The translations under genes were made by a program, and so were the position numbers. From the NCBI GenBank assembly GCA_963775425.1, contig CAVZJB010000009.1:272616-336615 (forward strand): DNA of 64,000 nucleotides. Direction: 5' to 3'. Of this stretch, positions 31,434 through 40,560 are shown piece after piece; the stretch's first letter is position 1, and each line of letters begins with the position of its first letter. The notes below the pieces were generated by a model. That model was not told the origin of the DNA and searched no databases. It worked only from the letters and a program-made list of their open reading frames with translations. This DNA is from an uncultured delta proteobacterium. Lineage in GTDB: Bacteria > Myxococcota > UBA727 > VGSZ01.

Positions 31434-32897
31434 TCAATACGAGCACGCGTCACCTTCGGCGACGAGCAGCGTGGAGCCGCCGATGTCGGCGCTCGCGTCG
31501 AAGTGCACGGTGCAGCCGACGATGGCCGAGACGCCCGGCTCGACGGGGACGCAGCGGTCGCCGTCGAGCGTGCACACCAGCGCGTCGTTCGGCGTGCACG
31601 CCGGCACAAAGACCTCGTCGAGCGGCTGCAGGATGCGCGCGGCGACGGCGGCGAGGACGTCGCCGCGGCCGGCGAAGTCGCATATGGAGCCGGACACGCC
31701 GAAGTTGGCGTCGACCACCGACTGCACGGCGCCGTCGACGCCGGAGGGAGAGCAGTCCTCGTTGGGGCCGGCGTTGGCGAGGGCGTGGACGCGGACCGAG
31801 AGCGTGCGCCCGTCGACGACGAGCTGGTCGAGCGCCGTCTGCGCCTGCGACGGCGTGAGGTTCGGGGTCTGGTCGGGGCTGTCACCGATGTACACGATGT
31901 GCAGTTGCGCGTCGGGCCGCAGGAACTCCCCGGTGTCGGTGGGGTACGCGGGCGCCGAGAAGTAGCCCGTCATGGAGCCGAGCGGCGTCTCGGTGCCGGA
32001 GCCGGCGAAGCTGCCGGCGTCCCAGAGCTGGCTCACGGCGCAGTCGAGATCCGTGCGAGCGTCGCTGGAGGTCTCGTCGACGAAGGGGGTGTTGCACAGC
32101 CGCGGGTCGCCGAAGGGGCCGACGGCGGCGTTGTTGAAGTCGTCGGTGTCGGTGACGGCGAAGCGCAGGTCGGCGCTGCGGGCGAAGACCGCGTCGAAGT
32201 GCGCGCCGATGGTGCCGATGATGTTGCCCTTGTCCGACATGGAGCCGGAGGCGTCGAGCACGTACAGCACGTCGTGACGCGCGCTGGGCGGCACGTTGAT
32301 CAGCACCGACGACGACGTGCTCACGCTGAAGTGGACGGGGATGGCGAAGTTGCCGCCGCCGACGTTGTCGTGGACGAGGACGCTGCCGGTGACGCCGGGC
32401 GGCGCGCCGACCTCCCAGGTGACGTTGAGCGTGGCGCCGCCCCCCTGGGCCAGCGCGAGGGTGGCGGGGGACACGCCGAGCACGGCGCGTGACGTCGTCA
32501 ACGTGAGGTCGACGTCGGCGAGCGCGGTGACGGCGACGCCGACCGAGAACGTGTGGCCCGCGCACATCGCGGGCTGCGCGGCGGCGGTGATCTCGGCGAC
32601 CGTGTCGATGAGGTCGACGGGCGGCTCGCCCTCTCCCTCGCCCTCGCCCTCGCCCTCGCCCTCTCCCTCGCCCTCGCCCTCGCCCTCGCCCTCGCCCGGC
32701 TCGCCCTCTCCCTCGCCGGGCTCGCCCTCCCCCTCGGCGCGGTCGCGGCACAGGCCGCCGTGGCAGATGCCGAAGCCTACGCAGTCGCCGTCGTCGGCGC
32801 ACTCGACCTGGCCGCGCAGCAGGCGGCACCCGGCGCCGCCGGCGACCAAGCACGCCAGGAGCAGGAGCGCGACCCCGGGGAGCAGCTCGCGGGTCAC
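31434..32897 (-). CDS. Probable lipoprotein with a (Gly-Glu)n linker and a von Willebrand factor A (VWA) domain
   Basis: GTG start in a GTGA overlap with the upstream gene. Signal peptide LLLLACLVAGGAGC, then a Cys knot (CADDGDCVGFGICHGGLC) and about 35 aa of GE repeats. MIDAS motif: DVLYVLDASGSMS. Confidence 0.75.
   Translation of the reverse strand: MTRELLPGVALLLLACLVAGGAGCRLLRGQVECADDGDCVGFGICHGGLCRDRAEGEGEPGEGEGEPGEGEGEGEGEGEGEGEGEGEGEGEPPVDLIDTVAEITAAAQPAMCAGHTFSVGVAVTALADVDLTLTTSRAVLGVSPATLALAQGGGATLNVTWEVGAPPGVTGSVLVHDNVGGGNFAIPVHFSVSTSSSVLINVPPSARHDVLYVLDASGSMSDKGNIIGTIGAHFDAVFARSADLRFAVTDTDDFNNAAVGPFGDPRLCNTPFVDETSSDARTDLDCAVSQLWDAGSFAGSGTETPLGSMTGYFSAPAYPTDTGEFLRPDAQLHIVYIGDSPDQTPNLTPSQAQTALDQLVVDGRTLSVRVHALANAGPNEDCSPSGVDGAVQSVVDANFGVSGSICDFAGRGDVLAAVAARILQPLDEVFVPACTPNDALVCTLDGDRCVPVEPGVSAIVGCTVHFDASADIGGSTLLVAEGDACSY
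32624..32737. repeat. In-frame (GGCGAG)n hexanucleotide array (complement shown on the plus strand)
   Basis: The plus strand reads ctcgcc/ctctcc units for about 110 bp. These encode EGEGEPGEGEGEPGEGEGEGEGEGEGEGEGEGEGEGE. Confidence 0.85.
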
Positions 32898-33718
32898 GAT
32901 CCCCCCAGCAGCGCGCCGGCGCCGGCGAGCGCGAGGCCGACGACGGCGGCGCCGCCCGCGACGGCGGCGGTGAAGACGACGGGCGGGCCGATGTCGAGCG
33001 CCTGGCGCTTGTCGCTCGGCGTGGCGCCGCTCCCCGCGGCGAGGCGGTCGTCGAGGACGAGGGCGAAGACGCCGGCGCCGACGGCGGCGAGGCCGGCCAC
33101 CCCGGCGAGGCCGCCGCCGCCGACGAGGAGCACGCCGGGGAGCACCGGCGCGTCGCCGCCGGCCGGCTTGGCGGGCGCGGCGCTCGAGGCCACCGACGCC
33201 GGCACCAGCGGGTGGAGCACGCGGGCGGCGAGCTCTCCCAGGCGCGGCGTGAGCGCGCCCGCCGAGGGCGCCGTGACGCTCGCGCGCTCCAGCGTCTGGC
33301 TGCCGCCGACGTCGAAGAGCCACACCTGCAAGACGCGCTCGTCGCCGAGCTTGCCGAGCGTGCCGGTGACGACGTAGTGAGCGCCGAACGCACCGGCGAT
33401 CTCGGCGAGGCAGCCGGCGTCGTTGCAGCCGGCGGCGGCCTTGTTGGCCTCGAGCGTGATGAGCGTGCGGATGTCGTTGCCGGTGGCGACCTTCGGGCGC
33501 GCCGCCGCCGGCCACCCCTTCACCGCCGTGCCCACCGCCTCGGCGAACAGCCCGTCGACGACGCGCGCCTCGTCCTCGTCGACGCCGACCGGCTTGAGGT
33601 CGAGCACGAGCAGGTCCGCCGCGCCGGCGCTCTCCGCGCCGGCGCTCTCCGCGACGACGGGCGACCCGGGGCCGGGGGCGCCGGCGGCGAGCAGGGCGGC
33701 GAAAGTGGCGGGCAGCAT
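32894..33718 (-). CDS. Secreted/anchored protein with a TolB-N/LpoB-like domain and Gly/Ala-rich C-terminal TM helices
   Basis: Start MLPATFAALLAAGAPG. Central region: LLVLDLKPVGVDEDEARVVDGL...CNDAGCLAEIAGAFGAHYVVTGTLGKLGDERVLQVWLFD. Two hydrophobic C-terminal segments. The function is only a fold-level guess. Confidence 0.5.
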   Translation of the reverse strand: MLPATFAALLAAGAPGPGSPVVAESAGAESAGAADLLVLDLKPVGVDEDEARVVDGLFAEAVGTAVKGWPAAARPKVATGNDIRTLITLEANKAAAGCNDAGCLAEIAGAFGAHYVVTGTLGKLGDERVLQVWLFDVGGSQTLERASVTAPSAGALTPRLGELAARVLHPLVPASVASSAAPAKPAGGDAPVLPGVLLVGGGGLAGVAGLAAVGAGVFALVLDDRLAAGSGATPSDKRQALDIGPPVVFTAAVAGGAAVVGLALAGAGALLGGS

Positions 33719-33802
33719 CGGGGCGACCTTAGCGCGGCACCGTGGGTCTTCCTGCAACCTTGATCACAGCGGCGTGCCCGACGACGACGGCGGCGCGGCG
33801 GA

Positions 33803-34126
33803 TCACGAGCCGCGGTAGGTGGAGTAGCCGAAGGGCGACAGCAGGAGCGGCACGTGGAAGTGCTGGGCTGCGTCCTTCACCACGAACGTGATCTGGGCGT
33901 GGGGATAGAACGTGTCCTGCCCGCTCTTTGCGTAGTGCGCGCCGACATCGAACGTCAGGCGGTGCGTCCCGGCGCCGACCTCGGCGAACGTCTTCACGCG
34001 GCCGTCGTCGTCGGTGACGGCGCTCTGCCTGTCCCCGAGCGTTGCGCCGCTCTCCAGCGTGACGGCGACGCCGGCGGCGGGCTGGCCGCGCGAGATGTCG
34101 AGGACGTGGGTGGTGATGCGGGCCAT
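33803..34126 (-). CDS. uraH: 5-hydroxyisourate hydrolase (transthyretin-like)
   Basis: MARITTHVLDISRGQPAAGVAV...HFHVPLLLSPFGYSTYRGS (the C-terminal YSTYRGS signature). The longer track ORF is a spurious extension. Confidence 0.85.
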   Translation of the reverse strand: MARITTHVLDISRGQPAAGVAVTLESGATLGDRQSAVTDDDGRVKTFAEVGAGTHRLTFDVGAHYAKSGQDTFYPHAQITFVVKDAAQHFHVPLLLSPFGYSTYRGS

Positions 34127-34247
34127 GCGTCGTCTCCGGTCCGTGGTGATGGTGCCGACAAGAGTGCCTCGACGGGACGATAGCGCGCCGGCAAGCTCGA
34201 GCGGACGGTCCGGCGTCGCGCGCGTCCCCCTCGTTGGCCTCGAGGCG

Positions 34248-35163
34248 ATGCGAGGCGCGTGCGCCGCACCCTGCGTGCTCAAGCAGCGCACCGCGCTCAT
34301 CGGCGTGGCCGCCTGGTGCATCGCCGCGTGGTGCGGGTGCGACCGCCCCGCGCACGGGGGCGCCTGCAACGAGGACTCGGATTGCGCGGGCGCCTCCTGC
34401 GTCCTCGGCGCGTGCGTGGTCCCGGCCGTGGTGTGCGGAGACGGCAAGCTCGACGCGGGCGAGCAGTGCGACGACGGCGCGCGCGCAGCCGGTGACGGCT
34501 GCGACGCCCGCTGCCTGATCGAGGCGGGCTGGGACTGCGGCGGCGCGCCGAGCGTCTGCCAGCGCTGTGGCGACGGGGTGCAACAGGGCACCGAGGCGTG
34601 CGACGACGGCGGGCTCGCGCCCGGCGACGGCTGCACCGCGGCGTGCTCCGTCGAGAGCGGCTACGCCTGCGCCGGCGCGCCGAGCGCGTGCGCCCCGGTG
34701 TGCGACGACGGCACGGCGACGCCGGCGACGGCTGCGACGAGAGCTGCGCGGTCGAGACGGGCTTTGCCTGCGACGACGGCGAGCCCTCGACGTGCATGGC
34801 CGTCTGTGGCGACGGGCTCGTGCGCGGCGCCGAGGGCTGCGACGACGCCAACGCCGCCGCCGGCTGCGACGCCGGCTGCACCCCGACCGTCGGCTTCGCG
34901 TGCGACGCCTCCGAGCCGTCGGTCTGCCGGACCTTGCAACGGGCGCGACCGCCTTGCACGGCGTCGACGCGAGCGAGCTTGTGCTCACGCCGACGGGCGC
35001 AACGCGATCCCCCCTCCCCGCGGTGGTCGCCGCCGCCGGTGCGCACGAGAGCCCTCCACACCGCTGCGAAGTCGCCACAGCGACACCGCTCCCAATTCCG
35101 TTTCGACTATTCCGCTATGCGGATCACTTCTCTAGGCGAGCCTGGCCAACCGAAGCGCGGTGA
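34248..35163 (+). pseudogene. Myxococcus-type cysteine-rich repeat (CGDG...CDDGN..GDGC) secreted protein, broken by at least two single-base deletions; 3' end unresolved
   Basis: Signal-like start MRGACAAPCVLKQRTALIGVAAWCIAAWCGC. Repeats: CGDGKLDAGEQCDDGARAAGDGCDARC and CGDGVQQGTEACDDGGLAPGDGCTAAC. After CDDG (about 34713) the motif continues one frame over: GDAGDGCDESCAVETGFAC...CGDGLVRGAEGCDD. A second shift lies near 34927. Only 34248 to about 34930 is supported by motifs. Confidence 0.55.
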
Positions 35164-36652
35164 TCCTCTTCTGCTCCTCGGCCGCGTTCTTGATCTCGGC
35201 GTCGCGGTCGTTCTTCACGCGCTCCTCGAGGATGGCGAGCATCTCCGCCGCCGACTTCCCCGACGCCATCACGATGAAGATGAAGCCGTGCTTGGCGAAA
35301 TACGCGTCGTTTTGCGCGGCGAGGCGCGCCTTGACGTCGTCGACGGCGCCGCCGACGGCGCGCTGCTCGTCGTCGGACCACGCGCGGGACGCTGCCGTCG
35401 CTGCCGCGGCCGCTCCGCCGCCGATGCGCGGGTGCGCCGCGAAAGCCTCGAGCCAGTCGTCGGTGACGAGGGCGTTGAACGCGGCGCGCACCGACTCGTC
35501 CAAGGCGCTCGGCGCGAGGAACGGCCGCGCCGCCAGCATCTTCTTCGCCCACGTGCATGAGCCGCAGCAGGAGAGGAACGCCGCCTCCGCCTCGGCGGGC
35601 GGCATGGCGTTCAGGCGCTTGACGCGCAGGGCCGCGCGCTCGTCGTCGTCGACGCGGGCGAACACGCGGAAGCGCGCGACGCCGCCGTCGGGGTGGACGC
35701 GGAGGCGAACGTGCGACACCGCCGGTTGCGCGCCCGACAAGGGGAACACGTGCCGCGTGTGCGGCCGCAGTTGCGTGCGCGGGAACAGCTCGCGCCACTC
35801 GCCGTCTGCGGAGCTGCCGGCGTCGACCGCGAAGCTCTCGGGGCAGTTGCCCTTGAAGTGCGACGTGTCGACGACGAGCCGCGTGGGCGTCGACCGCGCG
35901 CCGAGCTTCACGACGGCCCAGTCGTAGCCCGCGCGGCGCGCGCGGCGGGTCTCCCACCCGTCGTGCATGCCGCCGCTGTGCCCGGGGAAGAGCAGGTTGT
36001 GGCGGGAGCCGAAGAACATGTCGCTGCAGGCGAGGACGACGCCACCGAGCTCGGCGCCGGACACCTCGAGCTCGCCGTCGAGGCCGCCGTGGAGACGGAA
36101 GTCGGGCAGGGGCTCGCCGTACACACGCAGCCGCGCGACGCCGCCGTCGGGGAAGATGCGCAGGCGCACGTGGGTGAAGCGGTACGGCGACGACACCGCG
36201 AAGTCGTTCTTGGCGTTGCCGAGGAGGGGCGAGCGCGGCAACAGCGGGAACCACTCCGCGTGCTTGGCGATCTCTTGCGCGCTCGGGTAGCCGTCCACGC
36301 TCGTGCCCTCGAGCGCGCAGTGCGACGGGAAGTTGCCGCGGAAGAACGCGGTGTCGACGACGACGCCGCGGATGACGCCCGGTGCCCCGAGCCGCACCAC
36401 GCAGAAGTCCTCGTGCCACTCACCGTCGCGCGCGCCGCTGTTCTCGCGGTGGCTGCGCCGGCTCTCCCAGCCGTCCATCCACTTGCCGCGGTCGGTGTAC
36501 GCGTCCTCGTCCCAGACGGGCTCCTTGGCCTTCACGAGGTTTTCCATGCCGGCGAAGAAGTCGTCGCTGCACACCACGGCGGCGCCGCCGAGCCGCTCGT
36601 TGGCCAGGTCGACGAGGTCCTCGAACGAAGCGATGGCGTGCGTCGTCGTCAT
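35132..36652 (-). CDS. Bifunctional allantoicase / OHCU decarboxylase fusion
   Basis: The N-terminal 330 aa or so contain two allantoicase repeats (SDDFFAGMENL...GKWMDGWESRR and SDMFFGSRHNL...HDGWETRR). The C-terminal 165 aa or so form an OHCU decarboxylase (FLSCCGSCTWAKKMLAARPF...AAHPRIGG...YFAKHGFIFIV). Confidence 0.8.
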   Translation of the reverse strand: MTTTHAIASFEDLVDLANERLGGAAVVCSDDFFAGMENLVKAKEPVWDEDAYTDRGKWMDGWESRRSHRENSGARDGEWHEDFCVVRLGAPGVIRGVVVDTAFFRGNFPSHCALEGTSVDGYPSAQEIAKHAEWFPLLPRSPLLGNAKNDFAVSSPYRFTHVRLRIFPDGGVARLRVYGEPLPDFRLHGGLDGELEVSGAELGGVVLACSDMFFGSRHNLLFPGHSGGMHDGWETRRARRAGYDWAVVKLGARSTPTRLVVDTSHFKGNCPESFAVDAGSSADGEWRELFPRTQLRPHTRHVFPLSGAQPAVSHVRLRVHPDGGVARFRVFARVDDDERAALRVKRLNAMPPAEAEAAFLSCCGSCTWAKKMLAARPFLAPSALDESVRAAFNALVTDDWLEAFAAHPRIGGGAAAAATAASRAWSDDEQRAVGGAVDDVKARLAAQNDAYFAKHGFIFIVMASGKSAAEMLAILEERVKNDRDAEIKNAAEEQKRITALRLARLA

Positions 36653-36709
36653 GGCCGGGTTGTCGGCCGCGCCGGGGGAAATGACAAGGCACTATCGCGT
36701 GCGGACGGG

Positions 36710-38164
36710 TCAACCGCGGCCGAGGATCAGCCGGCCGTCGCGCGCGGTGACGTCGTCGCCGCGGCGAAAGACCTGTTGCCCGCGCAGCCACGTGGAGCGC
36801 ACCACGCCGAACAGCTCGCGGCCGTGGTACGGCGTGAGCTTGTTCTTGTGCGCGAGCTTCTCCTGGTCGACGACGAAGGTCGCGTCGGGGTCGATGACGG
36901 CGAAGTCGGCGTCCTTGCCCTTGGCGATGCTCCCCTTGCGAGAGAGCCCCGCGAGGAGCGCGGGCTCTTCGCTCATCCAGCGCGCCACGTCGACGAGCGT
37001 CCGTCCGCGGGCGCGCGCGCCGGTCCACGTGGCGGGCAGCGTGAGCTGGAGCGAGGAGATGCCGCCCCACGCGGCGTCGAAGTCGCCGCGCTCGACCTGC
37101 TTGAGAGCGACGGTGCACGGCGAGTGGTCGCTGACCACGCTGTCGAGGACGCCGCGGGCGAGCGCGTCCCAGAGGGCGTCCTGGTTTTCGCGCTCGCGGA
37201 TGGGCGGCGTGCACTTGAACCAGGTGGCGCCGTCGTCGATCTCCTCGGCGCAAAACGACAGGTAGTGCGGGCAGGTCTCGACGGTGAGCGGCAGGCCGTC
37301 GTCGCGCGCGTCCTCCAGCAGGGCCAGGGCCTCCGACGACGAGTGATGCACGATGTGCACGGGCCCACCGCGGGCGCGACACATGCGGACCATGAGCTCG
37401 ACGGCGGCGTTCTCCGACGCCTTGGGCCGGCTCTCGAGGTGGAAGCGATAGCTCCGCCGCGACAAGGCGCCGGAGGCGAGGGCGGCCTCGAGCGCGTGCG
37501 CGGCCTCGTCGATGGGCCCCTGCAATTCGGCGTGGGCGAGCAACGGGGCGCGCGCGTCCCGCAGGATCCCGAGGGAGCGATCCAGGTCCGCCTCGGAGAC
37601 GTTCTTGAACTCGGGGACGCCCGAGTCGATGAGGAAGCACTTGAAGCCGAGCACGCCGCGCTCGACCAGCGGGACCAGGTCCTCGTGGTTCCCCGGCACC
37701 ACGCCGCCCCAGAAGCCGACGTCGACGGCGAGCTGGTTCTTGGCGGCGTCGAGCTTGTCCTCGAACGCGGCGACGCTCGTGGTGGGCGGCAGGGAATTGA
37801 GCGGCATGTCGACGAGGGTGGTGACGCCGCCGCGCGAGGCCGCTTGCGTGGCGGTGGCGAACCCCTCCCACGCCGTGCGCCCGGGCTCGTTCACGTGCAC
37901 GTGGCTGTCGACGAGGCCGGGCATCACGAGCGAATCGAGGAAGTCCACGACGTCGACGCCGACGGGCACGCGGCCGCGCTCAACGACGTCTACGATCGCG
38001 CCGCCGTCGTCGACGAGCACCGCCGCCGGCCGCACGGCGCCGCCGGTGACCACGCGCGTCGACGTGAACGCCCGCGCGATCCCCCCGGCGGGCGCGCCGC
38101 CGCGCCACGCCGAGCGACCCTCGTCGTGGCGTGGGGGCTTGTTGTCGCTCGCCCCCGTCGTCAC
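36710..38164 (-). CDS. allB: Allantoinase (cyclic amidohydrolase)
   Basis: Motifs: PGLVDSHVHVNEPGRTAWEGF, GFKCFL, VHIVHHSS, VSDHSPC. The GTG start at 38164 lies in a GTGA overlap with the upstream stop. A later internal start is also possible, because the N-terminal 35 aa or so are not conserved-looking. Confidence 0.85.
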   Translation of the reverse strand: MTTGASDNKPPRHDEGRSAWRGGAPAGGIARAFTSTRVVTGGAVRPAAVLVDDGGAIVDVVERGRVPVGVDVVDFLDSLVMPGLVDSHVHVNEPGRTAWEGFATATQAASRGGVTTLVDMPLNSLPPTTSVAAFEDKLDAAKNQLAVDVGFWGGVVPGNHEDLVPLVERGVLGFKCFLIDSGVPEFKNVSEADLDRSLGILRDARAPLLAHAELQGPIDEAAHALEAALASGALSRRSYRFHLESRPKASENAAVELMVRMCRARGGPVHIVHHSSSEALALLEDARDDGLPLTVETCPHYLSFCAEEIDDGATWFKCTPPIRERENQDALWDALARGVLDSVVSDHSPCTVALKQVERGDFDAAWGGISSLQLTLPATWTGARARGRTLVDVARWMSEEPALLAGLSRKGSIAKGKDADFAVIDPDATFVVDQEKLAHKNKLTPYHGRELFGVVRSTWLRGQQVFRRGDDVTARDGRLILGRG

Positions 38165-39807
38165 GGCGCCCCCGCGGCCGCGGGGCCGAAGGCGAAGTCG
38201 GCGGTGACCTCGCCGCCGGCGGGCACCGTCACGTGCACCGTCTTCTTGCCGCCGGCGTCGCTCCACGCGGTGAGCTCGACGTCGCCGGCGGGGACGCCGT
38301 CGAGGACGAAGGCCCCGTCGTCCTTGGTGACGGCGAACCACGGGTCGTCGACGACGCCGATGTGGTTGATCATCCACGGGTGGATGTCGCAGCGCGTCTC
38401 CACCATCAGCTCGGGCGCACGGAACACCTTGGTGTCCCGCTGCCCCTGCGCGGGCTGGTTGATGCTGAAGGTGTCGTTGTTTTGCGCCACCGAGCGGATG
38501 TTGTGAAAGACCGGGTCGGTGTTCACGAAGGTGACGGGCTGTCCCACGCGCACGCCGCTCACGCGCGGCTGGTAGAGGCACCCCTTCTGCTCGACGGTGA
38601 CCTCGCCCTGCGGCGCGGGGATGGCGTACTTGTCGACGCCGCCGGTGACGGCGACGAACGCCTCCGCGAGCTTTCCGTCATGAACGACCGCGGCGGGGAT
38701 GGACAGCGGCCCGTCGTGGCCGGCCTCACAGCCGCCGTAGAGCGCCACCTCGCGTGGCGCGGGGACGTCCCCCTGCCATGTGACGCTGCCGCGGATGCGG
38801 CCGGTGGCCGTGATGGGCGTGCCCGTCTTGGCTGCGTTCACGACGGGCGCGGCGCGGTCGTGGTCCGAGGCCAGCGTGCCCGCGACGGACGCGACGATGG
38901 TGACGACGACGAGCGTGCCGAGGAAGCCGAGCATGACCGTGGCCGGCGGGTCCACCTTGTTCATCCACCACTTCACGCCGGCGCCGGCGCAGCAGACCAC
39001 GACGAGGATCACCCAGTTCCACCCGATGGTGGTGCCGGCCACGTGGGCGGCGGCGCCGTAGGTGAACGGGAAGTGGTTGGAGATCATGATGAAGATGACC
39101 GGGTAGGTCATGTAGTGGTTGTGCTTGCTGCGGCGCTTGGCCGAGTACGCCTTGGCCGCGTCGGGCTCCTTGCCCGTCTTCACGCTCTCGACGAGGTTTC
39201 GCTGCGCCGGGATGATGCGCATCCAGACGTTGGCCACCATGCACGTGCCCATCACCGCCGCGGTGTGGATGTACGCCGCGCGGCCCGACAGGAGGTGCGT
39301 GAACGCGAAGGCGATGGCCGCGAGGCCGATGACCGAGATGGCCACCGTGAGCGGCGGGTTCTGCGACGCGGCGCCGGCGAGCCGGGAGGACCACAGGAGG
39401 TCGTAGGCGACCCAAGCGACGACGAGCGTGCCCATGCAGATGGCGGTGGCCACCTGATGCGAGACCACCGGGTGAGCGGCGTCGACGAGGAGGACGCCGC
39501 CGCCGAGGTGGTAGAGCACGATGAGGAGGAAGAAGCCGGTCATCCAGGTGAACGCGGCCTCCCACTTGAACCAGTGAAGCGTCGACGGCAGCGCGCTCGG
39601 CGCCACCAGCTTCTTTTCGACCTCGTAGAAGCCGCCGGAGTGCACCATCCACAGGACTCCCTCGAGCCCCTCCCGCTTCTCCTTGGGCTTCTCCATGTGG
39701 CTGTCGAGCCAATGGAAGAAGATGGACGAGCCGATCCACATGATGCCGGCGATGAGGTGCGCCCAACGCAGGACGAGGTTCAAGCCTTCACTGACGAGCG
39801 GATTCAT
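38161..39807 (-). CDS. puuD: Membrane urate hydroxylase (PuuD-type N-terminal domain) fused to a cupredoxin-like domain and a carboxypeptidase-regulatory-like domain
   Basis: The N-terminus LNLVLRWAHLIAGIMWIGSSIFFHWL plus about 8 TM helices match the PuuD/urate-oxidase-N family. The C-terminus has type-1 copper ligand spacing (VFHNIRS ... CDIHPWM = C-x2-H-x2-M). No CxxCH haem motif anywhere. Confidence 0.75.
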   Translation of the reverse strand: MNPLVSEGLNLVLRWAHLIAGIMWIGSSIFFHWLDSHMEKPKEKREGLEGVLWMVHSGGFYEVEKKLVAPSALPSTLHWFKWEAAFTWMTGFFLLIVLYHLGGGVLLVDAAHPVVSHQVATAICMGTLVVAWVAYDLLWSSRLAGAASQNPPLTVAISVIGLAAIAFAFTHLLSGRAAYIHTAAVMGTCMVANVWMRIIPAQRNLVESVKTGKEPDAAKAYSAKRRSKHNHYMTYPVIFIMISNHFPFTYGAAAHVAGTTIGWNWVILVVVCCAGAGVKWWMNKVDPPATVMLGFLGTLVVVTIVASVAGTLASDHDRAAPVVNAAKTGTPITATGRIRGSVTWQGDVPAPREVALYGGCEAGHDGPLSIPAAVVHDGKLAEAFVAVTGGVDKYAIPAPQGEVTVEQKGCLYQPRVSGVRVGQPVTFVNTDPVFHNIRSVAQNNDTFSINQPAQGQRDTKVFRAPELMVETRCDIHPWMINHIGVVDDPWFAVTKDDGAFVLDGVPAGDVELTAWSDAGGKKTVHVTVPAGGEVTADFAFGPAAAGAP

Positions 39808-40372
39808 CGACGATCTCTTTCGCGCTGAAGGTGTTGTCTGCCCAGGTATGCACGGGCACGCGGCGCGCGTCGAGGAGCGCGGTGCGCACCGGGTGGGCGA
39901 TGGCGCCGTCGGCGCCCGCGACGCCGTAGACGTTGAAGAGCGACGCGAACGCCTCCACCACGTCGGGCGCGCCCGTGGCGAGGGTGAACCCCGCGTCGCC
40001 GGCGACCGCGAAGCGCGCCGCGTACGCGCGCAGCGCCGCCGGCGTGTCCCGCGCCGGATCGAGCGTGACGACGAGGACGCGGGCGCCGTCGCGGCGTGCC
40101 TCGGCGAGCTTCTTCATGGTGAGCGGACACATGGTCTCGACGGGGCAGTGCGTATAGACAAAGCCCACGGCGACGGGCCCGGCGACGTCACCAAGCTCGA
40201 ACGCTTGCCCGTCCTGGTCGACGAGCGGAAACGACGGCACCGGTTGTCCGGGCCGCCACGCGGCGACGTCGGCGCGCCAGGCGTCGTGGCTGCGACAGGA
40301 CGTGAGCGCGAGCGCGGCGCCGAGGAGCGCGGCGCACACCGTCGGCCACGAGGCACGTTCGTCAGGGCGCAC
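39788..40372 (-). CDS. SCO1/SenC-family copper chaperone (thioredoxin fold), probable lipoprotein
   Basis: Motifs: LALTSC lipobox and VGFVYTHCPVETMCP (the CxxxCP copper site). The start is uncertain (GTG 40372 chosen; the track ORF starts at 40495). It overlaps the puuD start by 20 nt. Confidence 0.7.
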   Translation of the reverse strand: MRPDERASWPTVCAALLGAALALTSCRSHDAWRADVAAWRPGQPVPSFPLVDQDGQAFELGDVAGPVAVGFVYTHCPVETMCPLTMKKLAEARRDGARVLVVTLDPARDTPAALRAYAARFAVAGDAGFTLATGAPDVVEAFASLFNVYGVAGADGAIAHPVRTALLDARRVPVHTWADNTFSAKEIVDESARQ

Positions 40373-40560
40373 CTGGGGGCCAATAGCGGCGATGACGGCG
40401 GGTGCCAACGGCGGGGGCGCGCGGCGCCGTGAGGTCGGAGGCAACACGAGCGCGCCCACGCTGTGACGGTAGCGCGCCCGAGCGGGCGTGGGCATTGACG
40501 GTCCGTCCGGCGGGAAGGAAACGGGCTGATGATCCTCTGCACGCCTTCCCCGGTCGGCCC

